Origin: Candidatus Gottesmanbacteria bacterium
Lineage (GTDB): Bacteria; Patescibacteriota; Microgenomatia; UBA10105; UBA927
Direction of reading: 5' to 3'
DNA: 64,000 nt
Assembly (NCBI GenBank): GCA_963711735.1
Contig: CAVQFA010000003.1
Span: 18,971 to 82,970, forward strand
This document shows, in pieces, positions 1 to 10,280 of the stretch; within the stretch, counting starts at the first letter, position 1; each line of letters opens with the position of its first letter. The translations under genes and the position numbers were made by a program. Under the pieces are notes generated by a model. The model was not told where the DNA came from, did no database searches, and saw only the letters and a list, made by a program, of their open reading frames with translations.

Positions 1-117
1 GACAATAAACGTCGTCACGCTCATAGCCAGAAGCACAAGCGGCAGGATAGCTACCTGGATAAAACCGTATGTACGGCGAACATTTTTTTTCGAAGAATCT
101 GATACAAAGTTAATCAT
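1..117 (-). CDS. N-terminus of a secreted or membrane-anchored protein with prepilin-like leader (partial, runs off window)
   Basis: ATG at 117 overlaps stop of 114..419 (ATGA); MINFVSDSSKKNVRRTYG-FIQVAILPLVLLAMSV: basic stretch, GF, hydrophobic run. Confidence 0.55.
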   Translation of the reverse strand, partial: MINFVSDSSKKNVRRTYGFIQVAILPLVLLAMSVTTFIV

Positions 118-419
118 ACGATATTAATAATGATATTTACCGGATCAAAATTTGTACGGATTGCGGGAAACTCAACATTCCCCATACCATTCTCACTCCG
201 AATCCAAACTGCAATTTTTTCTGTTGATGGCGGAACAAATGACAGCGTTGTCTGTGACTTTTCGGTGTATGAAATCAGTTCAAACCCGAGGGGTGGTGGA
301 GTCGTGAGGAATACCTGCCGGATAAGAATAAAAAGTATACTACCAATACATACTATTCCTATACATGCGGGTAGGATAATGAAAAGTAAATAATTTCGGG
401 TACCAGGTTTGAAATACAC
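114..419 (-). CDS. hypothetical membrane-anchored protein
   Basis: 101-aa ORF with N-terminal TM helix, translationally coupled to the next gene. Confidence 0.6.
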   Translation of the reverse strand: MYFKPGTRNYLLFIILPACIGIVCIGSILFILIRQVFLTTPPPLGFELISYTEKSQTTLSFVPPSTEKIAVWIRSENGMGNVEFPAIRTNFDPVNIIINIV

Positions 420-572
420 GTGTAATCAGGCATCATAAACTTCAACGTTTCCAAACCCACGAAAAACGCCGGAGCGCCTTATTAATATAATAATGAATAT
501 AAGGACTATGGTTTGTCAATGACGTATCTCCCCTCTTGACAAGGTACATCTCTTCCGCGACACTATTTTCAT

Positions 573-812
573 ATGGCAAAAAAGACCCATCGCCGGACAA
601 AACCGGTACACCACAAAGCTCTGTCAGGACATAAAAGAGTCCGGACGTATGATGCAGACGGTGATACGGTCGTCATGGTCCGCGGGTGGATGTTTGTCGT
701 TGCATTTGCACTCATGCTTGGCATAGGTGCAATCGTCGGCACATTCACAAACCGCATCATGAACGAATCGCAACCGACTGTTGCCGGTGTACAGACAGAA
801 ATCATCCGATAA
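573..812 (+). CDS. small single-TM hypothetical protein
   Basis: 79 aa, basic N-terminus plus one TM helix; TTGACA at 536-541; followed by a terminator. Confidence 0.7.
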   Translation: MAKKTHRRTKPVHHKALSGHKRVRTYDADGDTVVMVRGWMFVVAFALMLGIGAIVGTFTNRIMNESQPTVAGVQTEIIR

Positions 813-833
813 TCAGGTGTTTCAAATGTACTT

Positions 834-866
834 AAAAAGAAGCCTTTTTTATGTGGCTTCTTTTTT
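834..866 (+). terminator. intrinsic terminator (possibly bidirectional)
   Basis: AAAAAGAAGCC-N10-GGCTTCTTTTTT. Confidence 0.7.
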
Positions 867-992
867 ATTGGGATGAATATCGGAGTGAGAGTACCGATCG
901 TTGCTCATGATATAATACGCGTTGCAGGATTTGTGGATACGGAAGGACCTTTACTCATCAGGTAGAGTGCTGCATTTTATTAAAAAAGAAAT

Positions 993-1065
993 GGGCCCGT
1001 AGCTCATCTGGTAGAGCGCTGCATTCGCATTGCAGAGGTGGAGAGTTCGAGTCTCTTCGGGTCCA
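993..1065 (+). tRNA. tRNA-Ala(CGC)
   Basis: Cloverleaf GGGCCCG/CGGGTCC with G3:U70; anticodon arm CTGCA-TTCGCAT-TGCAG; GTTCGA T-loop; no encoded CCA. Confidence 0.95.
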
Positions 1066-1095
1066 CAAATATATAAAGAAGTGAATTAGAAAACG

Positions 1096-1166
1096 GGGCC
1101 CGTAGTATACCGGTAGAACGACTCCATGGCATGGAGTAGAAAGGGGTTCAATTCCCCTCGGGTCCA
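1096..1166 (+). tRNA. tRNA-Ala(GGC)
   Basis: Acceptor GGGCCCG/CGGGTCC; anticodon arm ACTCC-ATGGCAT-GGAGT with the A32-U38 typical of Ala-GGC; GTTCAA T-loop. Confidence 0.95.
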
Positions 1167-1276
1167 CAAATGGTATTATAATAAAGTATATAAAAATAGA
1201 TCAGAAGATATACTATCGAAGTAATTGTTAAAGCATCAATATATATAATATTGTATCAATACATTACACATCCTTC

Positions 1277-2350
1277 TTACTTGAGAAACGGCAACGGATT
1301 TACAGTCACCCCATTTACCCGTACTTCAAAATGAAGGTGTGTACCCGTTGACCTACCTGTTGATCCCATCCTGCCGATTATCTGACCACGCGATATGACA
1401 TCTCCCGGTTTCACGTATATTTCTGAAAGGTGGCCGTAAAGTGTCGCGTATCCGCCGCCATGGTCGATAATAATGTGCTGGCCATATCCATACCGGAGAT
1501 ATTCTACAAGCCTCACGGTGCCTGCCTCAGCTGCAGCAATTCCGGGAGCGGATGCATTAGCGATATCAAGCGCATTATGGTACCAGATCGGATACTGAGT
1601 AATCAGACCCCCTGCCGGCCACAGATATTGTCCGGATCCGCCTGCTGAAATGGGCGGACTTATCGGACCGGATGCAAACGGCGTAACAACTTCTGCCATA
1701 AGACCGTCAGGAACGATGATAGACTGGCCGACGGCAAGCGCAAATGTATCCAGATCCGTAAAGTCGTTGAATGGAAAGTTGACGATCTTCTGGGCATCAG
1801 TTCTGTATTTTTTGGCTATGGAATAAACCGTATCCCCTTCCCGCACTTTGTGAACAACCCCTGTCACCGGCGGTATCTTGAGTTCGTCACCGATGGAGAG
1901 AGATTCTCCCCGTATGGAATTTGCCCATTTGACTGTATCCACGGAAACACCGAATTTTTCAGCTATACCAGAGAGCGTATCTCCGGGTGCAACAGTATAA
2001 GAAACGACCTGATCACGGGGTTTTTTGGATACCTGGGTTTCTATGCCGTATTCTGAGTTTTCAAGGGACGTGACGACGGCTGAAGGCGGAGCAAGTCCCG
2101 CTGTCTCCTCATCGCGGTTTCCCGCTAAGATAGGTGCGCTCATAACCCCTACGATAAAAAGCATACCGAGAGAAAAATGCAAAAACGGACGCTGGTAACT
2201 CCCCCGACGCGCCATGAGAATATCGACAAGCAGGTCTTTCTGCGACTCAAATTGCACCCCGAAGCGCCGGAGTTTTTTTTCGGAATATATGTACCATCCC
2301 CTGCTCCAAAGTTTCAAATCATCAACCGTACGTTCAAACGCTTTACGCAT
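1277..2350 (-). CDS. LysM-domain M23 family peptidase
   Basis: Two LysM repeats (YTVAPGDTLSGIA, HKVREGDTVYSIA); M23 motifs HxxxD (HNALD) and HxH (HLHFEV); start at 2350 preferred over 2392. Confidence 0.92.
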   Translation of the reverse strand: MRKAFERTVDDLKLWSRGWYIYSEKKLRRFGVQFESQKDLLVDILMARRGSYQRPFLHFSLGMLFIVGVMSAPILAGNRDEETAGLAPPSAVVTSLENSEYGIETQVSKKPRDQVVSYTVAPGDTLSGIAEKFGVSVDTVKWANSIRGESLSIGDELKIPPVTGVVHKVREGDTVYSIAKKYRTDAQKIVNFPFNDFTDLDTFALAVGQSIIVPDGLMAEVVTPFASGPISPPISAGGSGQYLWPAGGLITQYPIWYHNALDIANASAPGIAAAEAGTVRLVEYLRYGYGQHIIIDHGGGYATLYGHLSEIYVKPGDVISRGQIIGRMGSTGRSTGTHLHFEVRVNGVTVNPLPFLK

Positions 2351-2438
2351 ATGTAGTGGGGGTAGAATACCACATACATCCATGAGGTGCAAAAAGGAAG
2401 CTTATAGTATGTAAATGCAGGCAAAAACGGGTCTGTTA

Positions 2439-4121
2439 TTATCCCCCCTGCGACAAAGCATCTAAGAATTCAGCGTTTGTTTTCGTTTTGGATAACCGTT
2501 CAATCATCATCATGGTGCGCTCCTCACCTGATAAAAGAGACAACATATGCCGTAGGGTTGTCACTTTCTTCATCGGTTCTTCCCCAAGGAGTAGTTCATC
2601 ATGCCGGGTGCCGGATTTCTCTATATCAATTGCGGGGAAAATCCTCCGTTCCTGCAGAGTCCGTGACAAGTGAAGCTCCAGATTGCCGGTTCCCTTAAAT
2701 TCTTCGTATATAAGGTCATCCATGCGGCTTCCGGTATCCACAAGGGCGGTTCCGATCACGGTAAGCGACCCTCCTTCTGTGTAACTTTTTGGCTTGGGAA
2801 GCGCTTCTTTCGTTACTTTCTCCTCAATCTCTTTTGTTTCCTCCCCGGCGGAAGGAGGTATGGGTACAACCGGCACGTTTCCGGACCGGACTTTTATCAG
2901 ATACTCCGATACTTCCACACACCTCGCTGCGCCAAGGAATTTCTTTGCCGGATAAAGGGCAGCCGGATCAAATCCTCCGGATAACGTTCTTCCTGACGGG
3001 TTGACAACGAGATTGTACGCCCGTGCCAGCCGTGTGATGGAATCCAGAAGTATGACAACGTCTTTCCCCGCTTCCACCAACCGCTTCGCACGGTCAAGTG
3101 CTACTTCCGCAATCCGGGTTTGTTCACCGGGAGATTCATCAAAGTTCGATGCAAGCACTTCGCCTTTGACACTCCGCATAATGTCAGTTACTTCTTCCGG
3201 TCTTTCTCCGATGAGAGCTGCCATGAGATGGACATCAGGGTAATTGGCGGAGATTCCTGCGGCCAATTCTTTCAAAACCGTGGTTTTCCCTGCTTTTGGC
3301 GGAGAAACGACGAGTCCTCGCTGCCCGAATCCGATAGGTGCAACGAGATCAATAATTCTTGTAGATAAGGGCATTTGTCCGGTTTCAAGAACGATTTGTT
3401 TGTTGGGATATACGGGAACAAGATCTTCAAACTTCGGCCTCGTACCTATGGATTCTGCCGGATAATCGTTGACTTTCTCTACTTTGAGAAGTCCCCAATA
3501 CCGTTCATTTTCCTTTGGCTGCCGTGCCTGACCTTCGACCATATCACCGTTCCGCAGAAGAAACCGCCGGATTTGGGATTGGGAGATATACACATCACGG
3601 TCGCTCGGTGTAAATTTCGGACGCAAAAATCCATGACCTTCCGGCATTGTATCGAGAATCCCGTGAACTGTTTCCGTCGGGACATTGATGTCTTGTGTAA
3701 ATCCGTTGTTCATATCCGTATTTCCTCTCCCGTATTGAGGGTAGTCTCTCCTTCCGGGTCTTCTCATACCGTATCGCCCGCCCCCTCCTCCGCTCATCCT
3801 GAACGGTACCGGTGTCTGATCCAGCCGGGGTGTCGGGTATTGTGTCTGTGGTGCAGGCGGAGGGATAACCGGTGACATCTGTGCCGGTTGCTCAATCACA
3901 GGACTTTCAATTTTCTGTGCCTCTTTTATAGGTGGCGCCTCAACACGTTCCCTTGGTTGAGACGGTTGCGCCGAAGGGCCACCGACGAGATCATCGATGG
4001 AAAGCTCGGGTGAAACTATCGGTATATGCTCTTCTGCTGATTTTTTTTCGGTAGTTTTTACATGGGTGGGCGGTGTTTTTTTCGTGGGTTGTGTTTTTTT
4101 GGAATTGGCGCGGAATGCCAT
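2439..4121 (-). CDS. rho: transcription termination factor Rho with low-complexity N-terminal extension
   Basis: [19 protein letters not shown]-loop [26 protein letters not shown]. Confidence 0.97.
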   Translation of the reverse strand: MAFRANSKKTQPTKKTPPTHVKTTEKKSAEEHIPIVSPELSIDDLVGGPSAQPSQPRERVEAPPIKEAQKIESPVIEQPAQMSPVIPPPAPQTQYPTPRLDQTPVPFRMSGGGGGRYGMRRPGRRDYPQYGRGNTDMNNGFTQDINVPTETVHGILDTMPEGHGFLRPKFTPSDRDVYISQSQIRRFLLRNGDMVEGQARQPKENERYWGLLKVEKVNDYPAESIGTRPKFEDLVPVYPNKQIVLETGQMPLSTRIIDLVAPIGFGQRGLVVSPPKAGKTTVLKELAAGISANYPDVHLMAALIGERPEEVTDIMRSVKGEVLASNFDESPGEQTRIAEVALDRAKRLVEAGKDVVILLDSITRLARAYNLVVNPSGRTLSGGFDPAALYPAKKFLGAARCVEVSEYLIKVRSGNVPVVPIPPSAGEETKEIEEKVTKEALPKPKSYTEGGSLTVIGTALVDTGSRMDDLIYEEFKGTGNLELHLSRTLQERRIFPAIDIEKSGTRHDELLLGEEPMKKVTTLRHMLSLLSGEERTMMMIERLSKTKTNAEFLDALSQGG

Positions 4122-4341
4122 ACGTAGTCCTCCTTACGGTTTAGGTTAATTAATACGGTTTGATAGGTAAATATTTATAAAGCGGATAAAGCATGAATAC
4201 ATGTCGTATGGCAAATAAATACCTTTATTTGATACAGAACACGTACTGATGCGCATCTAGGGAATCATGGAATTTCTCAAATTCAATACATGAGGAAATC
4301 TTGTTGTAACATGCGTATTACATCATATCCGGGAATGTTTG

Positions 4342-6795
4342 TCAATCAGTTTGCCATATGGAAGTCTCACCATTGGCGTAAATACGTTTCCCTACTCTGT
4401 CAAGCGGTTGTGTATCCAGACGCTGGTATTTCTCCTTTTCCAGGGTCCCGACAAAGATATATTTCACTTTATACTTTGCCACCAGCTCTTTCACCACACG
4501 CACGTCTCCTGATTCATATATCAGTCGTACGTCCTCGCGTCTCGGGGCAACGATATCGTATGTCCCGCGCCACAACCATTCATGCACAGGCCAGCCGATT
4601 ACCGAAGGAAATCCTGTATACGCAGACACCCGTGCGTAATCGGTGTAACTGTCTCCGTCTGCCTCCACTATCACAGGCACATCCCCTCCCGCACTCTTTA
4701 CCCTCTCCTGTAACCATTCGACAGCACGGGCATCATCGGGATACTGTTTTTCAAACCACGTAAGTCCGTCCATGCCCGTATATTCACTCAGGTTGTTGAA
4801 GTACGACCTCACGCTGAAAAACGGATATATGCAAACTAAGAAAAGCTGTGGGATAAGCAGCAGAATAAAAAGCGAGTTCTTCATTCTGGATTTTGTATTG
4901 TTGCTCTGTACATTTTGGATGTTTCGTTGTCCGGCAGCACTTATTTTTGATCGAAACAGTGTTGTGATAATCGAGTATCCGGAAATAATAGAAAATATGA
5001 TAAATGCCTGATACCCGAGCTTAAACATTGTGTTTGAGCGGAAATGTGCCGGATAAATATCTTTAAAGTAGAAAAATTCCGGAAAAATTATGAGAGCAAT
5101 GCAATAAATAAAGAAAACTATCAATACCCATTCATACCGGGTAACGGATATACCCAATCGGAGAACTTTATCCACTTGTATCTTCACAATCGCTAAACGT
5201 ACGGAATATGATCCCTGAGATATCTGGACTATAATTTTCCGCAGGATTAATACAATTCCCGTAAAGATAAAAAATCCCCAGAGAAGCCACATCATCCAGA
5301 AAGGAGATTTCTGACACTTCTCCACCCCTTCAAAAATGAAAAGTCCGAACTTCGTATCTGCTAAAGAAACGGGTGGGCAATTGATCGCAATTCCGTTTAC
5401 AAATGACGAAAAATTAAGAAGAAACGGTGAAACCCATATACCGATAAAACCCAGGGAAAGAAATATGTATATACGCTTTCGTATCCAGTCCCAGGTGTTG
5501 TATATGAGGCCTCTCCAATCATCCAGAACCAATAATATAAGAAATAATCCAAGGTATATCGGCCCGTCAAGAGCATTGGTCATAAAAAGAACCGCAATGA
5601 GAAGTCCGTAGAAAACCGTTATGGGTAATGAACTGTGTATTATCGAACGGATGAAGGGGTATTTGCTGTTTTCCCTACTTTGCAACTCCCCTCTTCTCCC
5701 GCTTCTACCGAACATGACCAAAAGGAGAGCAATTGCCAAAAGCACAAACGGGAGCGAGAGTACGTGTCCGTGGACATCTGATACCACAAATGAGTAACTT
5801 GGAAATTCGTGTATGGTAAACGGGATAAATCGCGTCGCATTGGCATACCAATAGGTTTGCATTCCTTCAGGTAATTTCTGCCAGAAATCCCGGAGAGGCC
5901 AAAGGAGCTCCCAAAACGGCTTGACATCCTCACCCGTATACCCGCGGGTAAACGCGTACAGTGTCTGCATATTGCCGGCCATTGTAACGAGAAACGATGT
6001 CAAAACGGCACCGCCCGCGGATAAAAGGATCGGAAAAATCAGCCATTGCCTCTGAACTGATTGATACCTGCTTTGAATGTTAGGTGTGTGCAAGGTGAAT
6101 GCTGATCGGAGGAGTTGGTACGCAATGCTAAATGACATCGTCGCGGTAAATGCAAAGAGAACCGAAAGCATGAGGTTAAAGGTATATCGAAGATCAATAC
6201 CGGAAAGCCTGGTAAGGAGTGCCATGACGAAGTGCCCGAAATAATAGTAATTGACCGTTCCGCCCGCATACCACATATCCGGCGGCGGAAAGTACCCTAC
6301 ATTGAGTATCGACTTGGTAAACCCGAAGTCCATGAACTTTTCCAGTCCGTGTATGGATGCTTCGTGCCCCTTCACCCATGCCCAAAACAGAAGCGCAGCA
6401 AAAAAAAACGCCTCAGACAGAAAGACTTTTGTAAACTCAGTACCATACCGCTCTATCAGCAAATCCTTCAGATTACGGTTGTTAGTTGCACGTTCATCTT
6501 TTCCGCCACGCATACGCGCCGGGAGGTATTGAAGGAGCATTCCGCATATAAAAACAATCCCGGTTGCTCCTGCTATAGACCAGTAGGAAAACGGAACTAT
6601 GTGGAGACTTGCCCAAAACCAAACGAGAAATCCGATAACAACAAGTCCGACTGCTTTGGTAAACATGTATCCGCGGTCCCACCATGAGGAAAAAAGGTAT
6701 CGTGTCAGAGGGTATGCCGCAGAGCCGATGAGAAACAGGGTCCCCCACCACCGGATTACGAGAAGAAAATCACCGTTTAAAAACATATCCGTCAT
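4342..6795 (-). CDS. DUF2298 (Chlor_Arch_YYY) polytopic membrane protein
   Basis: EKFMD, PPPDMWYAG, NYYYFG, TIHEFP, RSNTMFK, GWPVHEWLWR motifs; many TM helices. Confidence 0.88.
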   Translation of the reverse strand: MTDMFLNGDFLLVIRWWGTLFLIGSAAYPLTRYLFSSWWDRGYMFTKAVGLVVIGFLVWFWASLHIVPFSYWSIAGATGIVFICGMLLQYLPARMRGGKDERATNNRNLKDLLIERYGTEFTKVFLSEAFFFAALLFWAWVKGHEASIHGLEKFMDFGFTKSILNVGYFPPPDMWYAGGTVNYYYFGHFVMALLTRLSGIDLRYTFNLMLSVLFAFTATMSFSIAYQLLRSAFTLHTPNIQSRYQSVQRQWLIFPILLSAGGAVLTSFLVTMAGNMQTLYAFTRGYTGEDVKPFWELLWPLRDFWQKLPEGMQTYWYANATRFIPFTIHEFPSYSFVVSDVHGHVLSLPFVLLAIALLLVMFGRSGRRGELQSRENSKYPFIRSIIHSSLPITVFYGLLIAVLFMTNALDGPIYLGLFLILLVLDDWRGLIYNTWDWIRKRIYIFLSLGFIGIWVSPFLLNFSSFVNGIAINCPPVSLADTKFGLFIFEGVEKCQKSPFWMMWLLWGFFIFTGIVLILRKIIVQISQGSYSVRLAIVKIQVDKVLRLGISVTRYEWVLIVFFIYCIALIIFPEFFYFKDIYPAHFRSNTMFKLGYQAFIIFSIISGYSIITTLFRSKISAAGQRNIQNVQSNNTKSRMKNSLFILLLIPQLFLVCIYPFFSVRSYFNNLSEYTGMDGLTWFEKQYPDDARAVEWLQERVKSAGGDVPVIVEADGDSYTDYARVSAYTGFPSVIGWPVHEWLWRGTYDIVAPRREDVRLIYESGDVRVVKELVAKYKVKYIFVGTLEKEKYQRLDTQPLDRVGKRIYANGETSIWQTD

Positions 6796-6842
6796 GAACT
6801 TCATTATAATCAGTTTGAAACTCTCATGCTACAATCATCGGT

Positions 6843-8562
6843 ATGGAGAAACGAAAAACCGCATTCCATCATGCTTTCATTCTGGATTGCATTGTAGCCT
6901 CATGCGCTCTCATTTTTTCTTTCTTTCTCATGGGGAAAACGTTCGGGTATGACCAAAACAGGCATTTTATAAAAATCGATGCTAAGATCTGGAGCGATTT
7001 CGGGTCACATATTCCGCTCATCCGCTCTTTTTCCATGGGGGATAACGGCACACGGCTTTTACATAATCTTGCACCGGAATATCCCGGGTTCCCGGGAGAG
7101 CCTATCCGTTACCATTTCGGATTCTATTTCCTTTCGGGGCTCATGGAAAAATACGGCGTACGGATTGATTGGGCTGTCAATATCCCAAGCGCACTTGGAC
7201 TCGCACTTCTTATTTTCATGACTTGGAAAATCGCGTATGTCCTTTTTCAAAGCTATTATGTAGGAGTTTTATCCGTCATCTTTCTTCTCCTTAACGGATC
7301 GCTCGGATTTCTCAAATTTTTTCAGAAGTATCCGTTCTCGTGGAACACTTTGTCTGACATGATTCAAAATTACAGGCTTCTGGCTTTTGGTCCGTGGGAC
7401 GGTGGACCTGTAACGGCGTTCTGGAGCCTGAACATCTATACAAATCAGCGTCATCTCGCACTCTCATACGGTATCGCGCTCTCCCTTTTTTATATTCTTC
7501 TGACCAACTCCGCTGACAAACAGAAAGGTATCACTTCGTTGTGGACGCGCATTGTCAGTGTTTCACTTCTTATGTCATTTCTCCTTTTTATTAACCAGGC
7601 AACGGCTCTTGCGCTCCTCCCGTTTCTTGTTTGGTTTTTTCTTGTACGGAATAAAAACAGAATTCTGCTTCTTATATCCGGTATACTTACACTCCCGTGG
7701 TTCTACTATTTAGGAAAAATAGTTGCTCCTGCAGGAGGTATTTCATGGTATCCGGGGTATCTCGCTATACAGCCCCTCACTGTTCAGTCCGTACTCACGT
7801 TCTGGTTTGCCAACCTCGGTTTGCATACAATACTCATACCCGTCGGACTTATTCTGTTACCGAAACGGATTCGGTCAGTGCTCCTCATTCCCCTTATAGT
7901 GCTGTTTCTTGTTCCGAACCTGATCCGTTTTTCACCGGATATGATCAATAATCACAAATTTTTCAATTTCTTCATGATATTCGGGGGAATGCTCTCAGCA
8001 TACACACTCGTCCGTATTGCACGGGAATTTCGAAACGATGATTTTCTCAGCCCGCCGCTCACCGCACGGACTACTTCGGTACCTGTCTTTCGCTTTCTCC
8101 TCTTTGCTCTTAATACTCTGTGCATTTCTTTTAATCCTCTCCGGTATTATCGACTTTTTTGCTGTCATGCGGAATGAACCGGGTGAAATCCCGGATGTAC
8201 CGGTAAACCTGACGGCATCATGGATTGCGGCAAATACACCTCCGGATGCAGTATTTCTCAATAGCTTCTGGTTTTATCACCCCGCAAACCTCGCCGGCCG
8301 GAAAATATTTTCCGGATACCCGTACTTCACATGGTCGTACGGGTACGATAAGGAAAAACGTGAAGTTATAGCACGCGAAATTTATGGAGCATCGACTGTT
8401 CAAAAAGTATGTGAACTCAGCCGAATACATCATATTTCCTATATAGAACTGACACCTAAACCCGAGTATGTCGAACCGAACCGGAATCTTTGGAACTATC
8501 TTCCCGCTGCCTATGCAAATGACACAATTCAGATATATGATGTCAATATGTTATGCCGCTAA
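6843..8562 (+). CDS. GT-C-like polytopic membrane protein, split by an apparent frameshift (~8050-8130)
   Basis: ORFs 6843..8177 and 8017..8562 read as one protein (WSDFGSHI, YHF, WIAANTPPDAVF); probable sequencing indel. Confidence 0.7.
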
Positions 8563-8565
8563 AAC

Positions 8566-10269
8566 ATGAATAAAGTGCAGTGGATTATATTTATAGCGAT
8601 TTTTTCTCTCGGAGCATATTTCCGGTTTGTGGGCAATAACTGGGACGACGGGCAACATCTCCATCCGGACGAACGGTTTCTCACAATGGTTGCCACATCC
8701 ATGAAATGGCCTTTGTCCATACAACAATTCTTCAACACGGATACCTCAACTCTCAATCCGCATAACGTAGGACATGGATTTTATGTCTACGGTACAATGC
8801 CGGTCATTCTCGTGAAAGCAATTGCCGAAGGCATCGGTAAAGGCGGGTATAATAACCTCAATCTTGTCGGGCGTGCAGTATCGGGAGTATTTGATTTAGG
8901 TACTCTTCTGTTAGTTTTTGGAATAACGCATATAGTCTCCCAATCGATTTCCGTCTCGCTTTTTGCCATGTTCCTTTATGCATCTGCTGTTTTACCTATT
9001 CAGCTGTCGCACTTTTATACGACGGATCCGGCTCTCGTATTTTTCTCAACAGCTTCCGTATATCTCATGCTGAAGAAACGGTTTGGTGTTTTGCTGGGTT
9101 CATTTCTGGGGCTTGCCGTCGCCTCAAAAATATCAGCAGTGCTTCTTTTTCCTGTCATGTGTCTTTCCGTATTGTTTTTTGTACTGAAACAGAAAGGAAA
9201 AGGTGCGTCCCGGATCATTCTTACATTAATACTGATGTGCATTTCTTTTATTGTTGTCGTACGTGTTGCATATCCATACGCATTTACACACTATTTCGGG
9301 ATCAATCCGAAAATTATTGCGAACTTTCGTGAACTGAAAGGTTTTGATAGTCCGGAAGGGTTTTTCCCTCCAAGTGTTCAATGGATCACCACAAAGCCTA
9401 TATTCTACCCTCTATGGCAACTCATCTGGTATGGAATGGGATTGCCGTTAGCGCTTTTTGCGTGCGCTGCACTTCCGTTTGCACTTCGGATAAAGCACAA
9501 ACGGATGATATGGATTCTTATTGTATACACGGCTTCTATATTCATTTATCAGGGTATCCAATATTCCAAACCGTTACGGTATTTCTACCCGATGATTCCT
9601 ATGTTATTGGTAATGACAGCCATAGGATCCGGATATATCGCGAATTTTTTCAGAACTTTTAAACACTATATTCTTTTTATGAGTATCTGCGTTCTCATTG
9701 TGTACCCTATTGCATTTACGGGTATCTACACCCGGACACATTCACGGATATCAGCATCCGGGTGGATATACCGTAATATTCCGGCAGGTTCAATAATATC
9801 CGGAGAATCATGGGATGATTATCTCCCCGTATCGCTTGATGAAACGAGACGAAGTAATCTTTATACCATAGAAACGATAGATATTGTCGGCCCTGATACT
9901 CCGGAAAAGTGGGAGAAAATAACAAAAACGCTTGCGCGTGTAGAGTACGTTATCCTTTCATCAAACAGGGCATATGGCTCCATGCTCACTGTTCCGGAAA
10001 GATATCCGATAACGTCCGGCTATTATTCCGGTCTCTTTGACGGAACGCTTGGTTTTACAAAAGTTGCAGAATTTACATCACGCCCGAATATACCAATCCC
10101 CGGTATTCACCTCTGTATAACTCCCCCACTGGCAACCTATGGTGAAATAGCAAAACGTATCGGGGAATGTACGCTCCCCGGTATAAGTTATGTAGATGAT
10201 TATGCAGATGAAATATGGACTGTCTACGACCATCCGAAGGTGATCATATTTAAAAAATCCGGAAAATAA
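8566..10269 (+). CDS. ArnT/PMT-like (GT-C) glycosyltransferase
   Basis: NWDDGQHLHPDERFL loop, PIQLSHF, C-terminal VYDHPKV; multiple TM helices. Confidence 0.85.
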   Translation: MNKVQWIIFIAIFSLGAYFRFVGNNWDDGQHLHPDERFLTMVATSMKWPLSIQQFFNTDTSTLNPHNVGHGFYVYGTMPVILVKAIAEGIGKGGYNNLNLVGRAVSGVFDLGTLLLVFGITHIVSQSISVSLFAMFLYASAVLPIQLSHFYTTDPALVFFSTASVYLMLKKRFGVLLGSFLGLAVASKISAVLLFPVMCLSVLFFVLKQKGKGASRIILTLILMCISFIVVVRVAYPYAFTHYFGINPKIIANFRELKGFDSPEGFFPPSVQWITTKPIFYPLWQLIWYGMGLPLALFACAALPFALRIKHKRMIWILIVYTASIFIYQGIQYSKPLRYFYPMIPMLLVMTAIGSGYIANFFRTFKHYILFMSICVLIVYPIAFTGIYTRTHSRISASGWIYRNIPAGSIISGESWDDYLPVSLDETRRSNLYTIETIDIVGPDTPEKWEKITKTLARVEYVILSSNRAYGSMLTVPERYPITSGYYSGLFDGTLGFTKVAEFTSRPNIPIPGIHLCITPPLATYGEIAKRIGECTLPGISYVDDYADEIWTVYDHPKVIIFKKSGK

Positions 10270-10280
10270 ACAGGCCTGAT

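Noticed and set aside
2778-2912. Mini-intein in Rho
   Set aside because: Too short and lacks a C-terminal His-Asn; kept only as a loop insertion.
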